Source of the DNA: Hormiphora californensis
Lineage: Eukaryota; Animalia; Ctenophora
Assembly: GCA_020137815.1 (NCBI GenBank)
Contig: CM035353.1
Location: 2,108,001 to 2,172,000 of the forward strand
DNA length: 64,000 nucleotides
Direction of reading: 5' to 3'
Shown here: positions 23,101 through 33,910 of the stretch, in pieces
Layout of the letters: each line of letters opens with the position of its first letter
Numbering within the stretch: the first letter of the stretch is position 1
Notes under the pieces: model-generated
Seen by the model: the letters and a program-made list of their open reading frames with translations, nothing else
Told to the model about the DNA's origin: nothing
Database searches by the model: none
Translations under genes and position numbers: made by a program

Positions 23101-26100
23101 TTCTAAACAAATTCGCCATTGTTTTGATAAACCTTGGTGACTTGATGATTGGTGTGTACCTTTTGCTGTTATCCTATTTTGACTACATCTACAATGCCGA
23201 TGGCAACTACTGCGAAGAGAGATACCGATGGTTCAGCTCCAGTGAGTGTTCCTCTCTTGGAGTCCTTAGTACCACGGGATCGCAACTGTCACTCTTCGCA
23301 ATGACAATGCTCAGTATCACGAGATTAGCAAACATTGGAAATCTTGTCCAACGGGACTTGTTCAGCTATAAGTCTGCTGTCAAGCTTGTGTTGCTTCTAG
23401 CTTTTCCTCTTCTGGCCAGTGTCATCATTGCAGTAACACCGATTTTGTCAGTCACCGAGGACTACTTTGTCAACGGGCTATATTACCATGGATCACCGCT
23501 TTTCATCCGGCCCGTCAGTAAGATCAACCACTACAAGGTTTTCAAGGAGTACTTGGAAGGGCGGTCAGTGTCGTGGGAGAAAGCCTCGTTCTCCTGGGAA
23601 GTTATCCGCTCAACGGTCAAAGAAATGTTTTCATCAGATCATGGAGGTAATTAAAAAGTTTGTTTGTGCGTATGTGTGTAATTCATAGAGATATATGCAT
23701 TAGCGTTATTCAGATAATATAATGTAAAAGCAAAAAGTAAATTTGACATTATTTTCAGGAATACCGAATTCTACGGTCCATTTTTACGGAAATGATGGGG
23801 TCTGTGTGTTCAAGTATCTAGTTACCCGTGACGACCCCCAATGGGTATTTTCAACATCCATTCTTCTGGTAAACTTCCTATGTTTCATATTCATCTTGGT
23901 CAGCTATGGATACATAAACTTTAAAACCCAGAAATCCAGCCGGAATGTTGGAGCTGCTACGGGTCGACAAGGCGCCAACAGAGCTCTTCAAGCAAAAATA
24001 TCCGCAATAATCCTAACTGATTTTTTCTGCTGGGTTCCATTAAGCATTGTTTCATTTCTCCACCTCTCCGAAGTCATAAATGCGTCAACTTGGTATCCCT
24101 TTTTTTCAATTCTGATCCTCCCCATCAATTCGGTGATCAATCCCCTGCTGTATGATTCTACTTTTTACTTTGGTCTCTTCTTTCGGCCGGCACGAGTTTT
24201 GAGACGCACTGCAAATAGTTTTATAACGGCATTCCAGACTATCAACGAACAGGAACCGGCGGAAGGAACTCCCCCTCCCCAGGAGACGGCACTTTGATGG
24301 GAATTATGAACCTTAAATAAGTATATGTAATATAATATATTATGTCATGCAGATACACGTCCTTCCGGTCTAGAATCAGAGACGTTTAGAGAGGACCTTT
24401 TAAACTGTTACATAGACGTGAATTATATTATCAGCATTCAATTACTCATGATCTATTGACTATTGTTGATATAAAGTATACTTGTAATGAAAAAGCTATC
24501 AAGCTTATGTTATTTAGTGTTTATGATAATGTGATATATGTATTTGCAATTAGCTGTCAATGTGTTAAATGTACTGTACATATTTAGTATTTACATTGCG
24601 TTAGTGCGTTATAATAATTCAATGAGTTTCTTGTTATCCGTAATAAAAGTAAATAAATGCATCATCAACTATTTAACCCCTTAAATGGCACAGTATTCTA
24701 AATATCCGAAAGATATTGAAAGTATTATGCCAAAAACTAACAGAAATTAGTTGGCTGGAAAGGTGACCACTTTTATTGTCAAACTTACACCTTTGCCCTC
24801 TCCGGGTTTTTTCATCATTATATTTCCCTCTCACTTTGATTTCTCTCTCTCTCTCTCTCTCTTTCCGTAACCCGGGCCGGGCAAAGGTGTAAGTTTGACA
24901 ATAAAAGTGGTCACCTTTCCAGCCAACTAATTTCTGTTAGTTTTTGGCATAATTTAGGTCTATTTTTGGTATTTTCTGATGTGAAATACGATGTAAGACA
25001 TGTCTGGACGTAGTAGAACTTGTAAAGACCGTCAGAAATCGCTAAAATACGAATATTTAAATTTTGACGTCATTTTGACGTCATAGTGTGACGTCACGAC
25101 GTTATAACGTCTTGCTAGTGAACAATTATTATCAGGCTCATCTAGATAAAGATGCTGACCAAGTTTGAGATCGATTGGACAAGATTTGAGGTCGCTATGG
25201 CAAAAACGCACTATCGTCATAACTATTTTCATACAGTCTTAAAACTTCAGACGCGATTTAAGACCCTTGGAAATAGAGTTTCACAAATTCGCGATATTGT
25301 TTCTGAAAGTTTAGACGATTATCTTTCATAAGTGTGGTCTCCATTTTTCAATCATTAGCCGTCTTCAGGGTGTAAATTGAGCTCAAAGAAATTTGGTCGA
25401 TTTGAAAAATATCTTAACTTTATGACAGTTTTTAAGGACGTTCTGGTAAGACATAGAACATGAAAACCCTCCAATAACACAATTCAAACGATTATCTTTC
25501 GAATGCAACAAACGAGAAGTGTCTATCTTTTGTAGTTTTTCCAGAAAATTGTCTGCAAATTGTGTAAAAAAGCGTCTATATGTATGTATGTATGTATGTA
25601 TATATATAGACACGGACATTTATTGCTTTTCTCACCATGTCATAACTCTAAAACTAAAAGAGATAGAGACTTGCCCTTTTAAACTCCAGTAGATCTAGTC
25701 TACGTGACACTGTATACCAAATTTCAGACCGATCGGTGCAGTGGGGGCCTCGCTATGGGCGTCGCAAAATGCCATTTTTGGCTAAAAACTGAAAAAACTT
25801 ATTACTGCTTTCTGGCATGCGCGGTTGGGGGGAGGTGGTGGTCACCTTTGCGCTTGCCAGCGCAGTGATACTGCCATGAGACGAGTCATGTGTTTTCCGA
25901 AATAACGCCCCAAAACACATTTTTCGAAATGAATTATATGCCCATATATGGGCATAAATCGTGCCAACTTAATTGGGCCATGGTAGATCTAGGGCTAAAA
26001 CTTTTTGATAAAATAGTTTAGAATGATCGTAAGTGAAAATTTGATTGAGAAGTTAGGAAAAATTGCACAGGCTCGGTACACGGGACACTGACTTCAGAGA

Positions 26101-28052
26101 GAGAATCACATTTTCTAGACCGGAAAAGAAAATGCTGCTCTCGGAGAGCTATTCTCTACTACCTACAAAAATAATGTCAAATGCTGTATCGGTCCACTTT
26201 TTTCTGTCCCACAAACTATAGAAAGTCAAACTTGACTTTCTATAGTTTAAAGGACTGAAAAAAACTTAAAATGAGAGAGATTTATATATACAGTCGGACC
26301 CCGATTTAACGGCCCCCGATTTAGCGGCACCCCGATTTAACGGCAGGATAAATTTCCCCCAAAATTTTTTGAAATTTTTTTTGAAATATTTTTTTTGAAA
26401 TTTTTTTTGAAAAACCACGTCCGAATCGTGTTTCGAATCGGTGCATCTTATTGCATGTCTTGCCGGTAATTAGACGGTTCAAAACGAACAGATATGTGAT
26501 CCCCATGAGGCCCATCGAATCGCAATTTTGACGCTTGTTAAACTGGCCTCATGGGGATCACGTATCGGTTCGTTTCGAACCGTCTAATTAGCGACAGGAC
26601 GTGCGATAAAATGCACTGATTCGAAACACGATTCGGACGTGGTTGATATACCTTTGAAAAATTTTCATAACTTTTTTTGCAAAATTTTACAGAATGATTG
26701 TCAATGCTTTGATCGGTGCTCCCCATGAATTTTCAGAGAAAAATATATTTTGAAATTCAAATTCTTCCTCACCCCGCTTAAAGTGCCCCGATTCGGCATG
26801 GTATCACGTATCGGTTCGTCTAATTAGCAGCAAGACATGCGATAAGATGCACTGATTCGATAAACGATTCGGACGTGGTTGATATAGTACCTTAGAAAAT
26901 TTTTATAACTTATTTTGAAATTATTTTGAAATTACTTTCTTTTTCTAATCAGAAATGATCATGTAATCAATACATGGACATTGCATTTAACACTTAGAGG
27001 TGTTTTAGTATAGCATTTTGGACAAAAATAGGGTTTTATGGGCCAAATATGCTCTACCCCGATTTAACGGACACCCCGATTTAACGGACAAAACCCTTTC
27101 CCCCGAGGGTGCCGTTAAATCGGGGTCCGACTGTATTAGAAAGATTAAATATCTAACATCCCTGATGTAATACCTTTCACCCACGACTGCTTTCCCAGAA
27201 TCACCGAGGAAGAGAAAAGAAAGACGATGAGAGAGCAGCAGAAGTTCGTTCAGCAGAACGAGCAATACAAAGACAGGCTGACAAGAAAGCGTCATGACGA
27301 CCAGCTAGGTAATAGCTTTATCAGGTCATGATCACCAACTGTACCTAAGTACCACGCCGACCCCAGCAATCTCGCAATTAATCCCCGCCGTATATGAAAC
27401 TACCCATGTCCCATAGAACAGGGAAAGAGTTTGTTTACGTGTTTTTTAATCAACCTCTCAAAAATTGCCCCTTAGAACAAGACAGGGCTAACAATGAGGC
27501 CATTCTGAAGCGTCAAGAGGACTCAACACGGCAACAGGAACAAATGCGAAGAGATACAGCGGAGTATCAAGAAAAGATACGGCACGAAAATGAGATGAAG
27601 AGATTGGAAGCTAAGGCAGCCGCCAGGTAGATATAATCGTAGCTCACACTGTATTTTATAAAGAGCGCTCTGTGATCAAGTGCTTTGTTCTCGGGGGCAG
27701 CTGAGTGACACAAGAAAGGGGGGAGGGGGTGATACCTATTACAGTAAAGTAGAAAGTATAACAGAGAGACCTGACAGTCGTCACCTGATTACTTTATACA
27801 GGTGTTTATTGGAAGGGCAGCACATCTCTCTCTCTCTCTCTCATTCGATAGCGGGAGAAGGAGAGAGAGGATCGAGAGAGAAGAGAAGAGTAGAGAAAGA
27901 AGGGAGCGATAGGAGGAGGAGAGAGAGAGAGAGAGAAAGGAGAGAGAGAGCGAGAGAGAAGAGCGCGAAAGGAGAGCTAAGGAGAGCGAGAGAGCGCTTA
28001 GCGCGCGAGAGCTAATAGCGCGCGCGATAGGCTTCTCTCTCTCTCCTCTCGC

Positions 28053-28116
<64 letters not shown>

Positions 28117-31100
28117 TCACACACACACACAATCGCATCTTTGCGAACGGGTGGTAAGAAGATAGAAAATGACGGTCATTGGCTGTCATACTACAGTACA
28201 TGGACTAACGACCTGTCTCTTCCTACCTCTTCCTACCACCCGCTCTAAAAATGACAAAATGAGGATATAAAACAGCTGCACAATATTCAAGTGCAGCTCC
28301 CCTAAACAGCTGTGCAGTGTATAAACCCACATCTTTTTCTATCTCACTGACAATGGTTTCACCCTCACCCAGGGGTCGGATAGAACGTGACAACCATGAT
28401 CTGAACAAGGAGAAGATAAAACTGGAGAGCCAGGAGTTTAGAACGACGATCCTAGAGGCACTCAGCTCTGCTGGGAACATGATCGGGGCAGGTGAGTGAT
28501 GCTTGTGATGTGTGTTCTAACCCTCCGGGGATCGAGCAAGTATAAAGCATGATCGGGGCAGGTGAGTGAGGGTCGAGCAAGGAAAGATCTCTATAAAGCA
28601 TGATCGGGGCAGGTGAGTGACATGCTTGTGATGTGTTCTAACCCTCCAGTGTAGTGAGGGTCGAGCAAGGCAAGACCTGTATAAAGCATGATCGGGGTAG
28701 GTGAGTGATGTTTGTGATGTGTTCTAACCCTCCGGGGATCGAGCAAGGCAACATGATCGGGGCAGGTGAGTGATGCTTGTGATGTGTTCTAACCCTCCAG
28801 TGTAGTGAGGGTCGAGCAAGGCAAGACCTGTATAAAGCATGATCGAGGCAGGAGAGTACTAGTTACTAGATCTGTATTCCATACGATAGGTTTATTTTGC
28901 ACCGGCCATAAAATATTTAAAATAGGATCCTTGGTGTGCATATAATATCCTATATTCCATCCTGCCTTAGAAAGAAGGGGGACAAGTATGACTAAAATAT
29001 AACGGCACTTAATTTTCAACTCTAACAACAACCCAATATCCACACCAGGTATCAACTCGGTAATTGATAACCAAGACCGGATTATCAAGGTCGGTATGAC
29101 TGTCTTCTGTGTAGCTGCAGGGTTGTACGGTGCGAAGTATGGTGCTATGACCGGGGCCCGGTATGTCGATAGGAGGATTGGAAAACCCACCCTTGTTCGT
29201 GATACATCTCGAGTCAACTACAAGGTTAGTTGATCTGATAATGGGGGATGGCAGATCTGGGAGTTTCCGAGTTGGGGTCCCGGGTCGGCTGTGTGCCGGA
29301 TAAGTGGCACACATCCTACTGGAAAGTTCCCTAGTGACTTAGAAGGAACGCGCGCTAGCTCGATCTCAATGTGTCAGCATTTGAACCGCCGCGGCCCGGG
29401 GGCGCGTGGTTGAATTCCCACTGACAAGGGCTCATCACGGAATTACGAGTTGAAACTTGAATGTTGAGCCTTGAGTGAGATCCCGTTCAACTAATTGTAG
29501 TAGGAATAGACTAGGCGGCAATTTCTCATTTGCCGCATACGGCGTCTAGACGGCGTCGCAACGCCGTCTAGACGGTGTCTAGACGGTATACCGTCTGGAC
29601 GGGTTTCGGTGAAATCAGCTAAAAACGGTACCGAAATTGCTTGAGACGGGTTATAGACGGTATCAGACGGTCTCTAGACGGGTTATAGACGGTATCAGAC
29701 GGTGTTGCGACGGTATCAGACGGTCTCTAGACGGTACCGTCCCGGTGTCTAGACGGTGTCTGGACGGTGTCTAGAAGGTATCCGTCCGAAGTTGAGACGG
29801 CACGTCTGAAAATTGTACCAGACGTTGAGACGGACTTTTAGAACTCCGTCTGTATTTCAGACGGAGTTTTAAAAGTGCGTCTCAACGCAGTCAAAAGGAA
29901 AATCGATGAAAGTACCGTCTAGACAACGTCTCAACTGAAACCGGTCAACATACCGTCTAAACAACGTCTAGACAACGTCTAAACAGAATCTCGCAATTCA
30001 GTTTCAAATACCGTCTAGACAACTTCTCCAGCAATTTCGATACGAATACCGTCTAAACAACGTCTAGACAACGTCTTAAGCGAATCCGATACAGATACCG
30101 TCTAAACAACGTCTCATAACCGACACTATCTATCACTGATAGTATCAGCCATAGACAGTATCTCACAGTTGTATTACAACGCGATAGCTGGATGTAAGAG
30201 TGAATGTGGAGATACCAAAACAGTATCTGTATCGGATTCGCTTAAGACGTTGTCTAGACGTTGTTTAGACGGTATTCGTATCGAAATTGCTGGAGAAGTT
30301 GTCTAGACGGTATTTGAAACTGAATTGCGAGATTCTGTTTAGACGTTGTCTAGACGTTGTTTAGACGGTATGTTGACCGGTTTCAGTTGAGACGTTGTCT
30401 AGACGGTACTTTCATCGATTTTCCTTTTGACTGCGTTGAGACGTACTTTTAAAACTCCGTCTGAAATACAGACGGAGTTCTAAAAGTCCGTCTCAACGTC
30501 TGGTACAATTTTCAGACGTGCCGTCTCAACTTCGGACGGATACCGTCTAGACACCGTCCAGACACCGTCTAGACACCGGGACGGTACCGTCTAGAGACCG
30601 TCTAGAGACCGTCTGATACCGTCGCAACACCGTCTGATACCGTCTATAACCCGTCTAGAGACCGTCTGATACCGTCTATAACCCGTCTCAAGCAATTTCG
30701 GTACCGTTTTTAGCTGATTTCACCGAAACCCGTCCAGACGGTATACCGTCTAGACGCCGTATGCGGCAAATGAGAAATTGCCAGACTAGGCCACTCTGAC
30801 CGAGTGTTCAAACAATATTTGTTGATCTCCAGAATGTCACTAAATTAAGTTTAGGTTGTTCGAAGCTGTACATAGATGATATATCCTCACGCGAGTGTAA
30901 AGTAAGGATACACCTAGCGTAGAGCTTGTTTTTATTAACTCCCAAATCCCCTCTAATTAATAATTCTCACATTCTTACAGGACTTCTGGAAGTACCCAAT
31001 AACTACCCTCGCCCAGCTGTTCACAACACGGCCAAATGCTCTGGAGGGAGTTATAACTCACCCCTCTCTGGAGGATCGACTGAAAGTTGTAAGTTATAGA

Positions 31101-33844
31101 ATTAGATGACTGCTCTGGAGGGAGTTATAACTCACCACTCTCTGGAGGATCGACTGAAAGTTGTAAGTTATAGAATTAGATGACTGCTCTGGAGGGAGTT
31201 ATAACTCACCACTCTCTGGAGGATCGACTGAAAGTTGTAAGTTATAGAATTAGATGACTGCTCTGGAGGGAGTTATAACTCACCACTCTCTGGAGGATCG
31301 ACTGAAAGTTGTAAGTTATAGAATCACAACTGTAATGTAGTACTGGAAAGACGTGGATCATAGTGTTCTCTCTTGTTACCTTTGTAATGAAGTCTTGTTA
31401 ATACCCAATTCAGTGGATATGGGATGAGGGTTTTATAGAAAGAGGGCTTCTATTATATTCGAAATGAGTCACAGTCATTTTATCGTCCGATCTTGGTGAT
31501 CATTTTATGAAATGTGAGATACACAAGGTGTGTGTGATGTTTGGAGCTGGTAGGTATAGGATTTAGAACACAGTATCATACTAGGTGCCGGATGATTGTG
31601 CTAGGTTTATTGCAGTTTGTACAACAGAAACTGGTTGTGTTATTGTACATTTTCAGATTGATAGTCAGAATCTCTAAGCACAGTATAGGTTAATAGAAAC
31701 TACGCGGCTAAAGGAAGTTATTCGGCCAAATACCTAATGAGACCCATAATGTACATTTGAAAGCATCGGCAATAATTGAGAATACAATGTCATTTCCTTC
31801 TAGACTATAATTTTGGAGCAGCTTCTATAGCTTTGGTCGATTTTCTTCGCTTATGCAACCTGTAAAAACAAAACGCAATGCCAATCTCCATCAGTTGAAA
31901 GATTGTGAAGAAAGAGAAGCCGATGAACAAGTCCACGGTACCACCAAACTCAGCAATAAAGTTTTGAATTTCGTATGCCTTCACTTGTTCGTTGGTCGTC
32001 GTTTTGAGATCATCATAGTATATATGAATCCTTGCAAAGTTTTCTCTTGCATAGCTGTAGGAGGTGTTTGCCTCAATGTACCAGTCGTCTTTGATATATT
32101 CGTTGTAGTACTGTTCAGAGGGTGGAAAACTGGAAGAACCGACCTCAGCATCCCACTCCAAATACTCACACGGCTCAGGGCAATCCTGGAGGGAGATGTT
32201 CCCTTTTGATATTTGCTCCTCTATGTATGCCTCACAGATGAGCAACTCGGCGTAGGAGCAGGTGTAGTTATTATTCTCCGACTTGTCAGACCAGAAAGGA
32301 GCGAACTCAGTGGGTCCTTCAGTACCCGTTGTGTATGTATCATACCAGGGTGTTGTGTAAAAGTCATCTTCTAATTCCCTCTTCTTCCTATCATCTCCAT
32401 CTTCGCTCCTTTCCTCACCTTTTCCTGCCCACTTCTTTCCATCATGCTGTTTTGGTACTCTAACGGTGTTCCGGAACTTTGTTTGTCTGCGTTTTCTGTC
32501 AGGACTGTCGTCCTTGGGATTATCGTCCCCCGCTTTAATCCGTTCTATGACCTCATCGAGGATCCCCTGTTTGTCTTGGTCGTTCATCCGACTAACAAAG
32601 TACCACGGCATACAGCTGCACTTGGTGGCGTACAGCTCAATTCTTTGTCGCTGGAGACACTCCCGTACCGTCTCATAGTGCGGATTGGAGTCATTTCCGT
32701 ACTTAGAGTATGCACTGGGCACGTTCCGGCACGTTCCCCATCGTGAGCCCAACCGTTTTGCCTTTTTAGCGGAGATCTTGAAGAAAGTTTCTGTTCCGGG
32801 TTGAACAAGAAATCCACCCTGGTCTATCATCACTGTTTCGTCATGGCTTCGCAGGAACACCTTGAACCCCTGTGTCCGTGTTGAAAAAAGATAATCGGCT
32901 AGGTTTGCACTGGCATCGATGGTAAAACCTGCCGAATCACTGTAATAGGTCTGATAAAACTTTTTATCGTCATTGATTTCCAAACACCTCCCCAGCTGAG
33001 TCATTCCCTGTAGTTTGTTCCACTCGTTGGAACCAATAAGATTTCCATTGCCAGCGAATTTGTAATCGTACTCCCCCACAAATGTGCCGTACAGATCATT
33101 TGCATACTTGTAGTCGATAGAGCCGACAAAGTCCTCAAATGCACTTACAAACTTATAATCATCCAGTTTCTTGAGATTGCTTGGATCCCGCCCCTGAGCA
33201 ACCCGTTTCTCGATCTGCGTTACTATATACTTGAACTCTCCTGTATCCCCATAGTTAACCAGATCCGGTTCCAAGGCGGTGTAGTTGATAAAGTTTGTAC
33301 TGCAAATGGTGATGGCGGGAAGAACTAGCTTAGAAGTCCAGGTAGTTGACGCCGTGTTAAATGATTCGTATGCAAAGTAGTCGCTCAACAGTGCATACAC
33401 CATATAGACGGTCAAGGCTCCCAGTAGTGCGACTAAAACCCACCACAGGATCTTACACCATCGTGGTCTGGCGTTCTCCCTAAGCACCTGCACATAGTCG
33501 CTGGCCAGGTCCTGGAATCCGAATAGAAATGGATCGTCCCCAGGGGCCGTAACGGGACGGGTGGCAGCCTGCAGGTCCTTAGTATTGCTTGTAGTGCCAT
33601 CATTTCCATCTTTTTTTGTCCAAGGAAACACTTTGAGAATCACCATCTAGAAAATTTAGTGTTACATGCTTAGTGTTACCTAAACGGGCAGGGGATACAA
33701 CATTCAACAAGAGCAGTCACTAATTGATATTGTTTGTGCAGTAAGCAAAGATGACACGGTAACGAAATGTGGGAAGAAGTGCGGTTGAAAACATCCCTCT
33801 CTCTATATCTCTTTCTCTCTCTCTCTCTCTATCTTCCCCCTCTC

Positions 33845-33910
<66 letters not shown>

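Noticed and set aside
27680-28201. Arg/Glu-rich and Ser/Leu-rich ORFs (also 13704-14156, 47805-48163, 53396-53662)
   Set aside because: Translations of (GA)n/(CT)n microsatellites.
31089-31110. Tiny introns/extra exons within the 74-bp repeat (GTAAGT..TTAG)
   Set aside because: A 17-nt intron is too short for spliceosomal removal, and ATAD3 homology is complete without extra exons.
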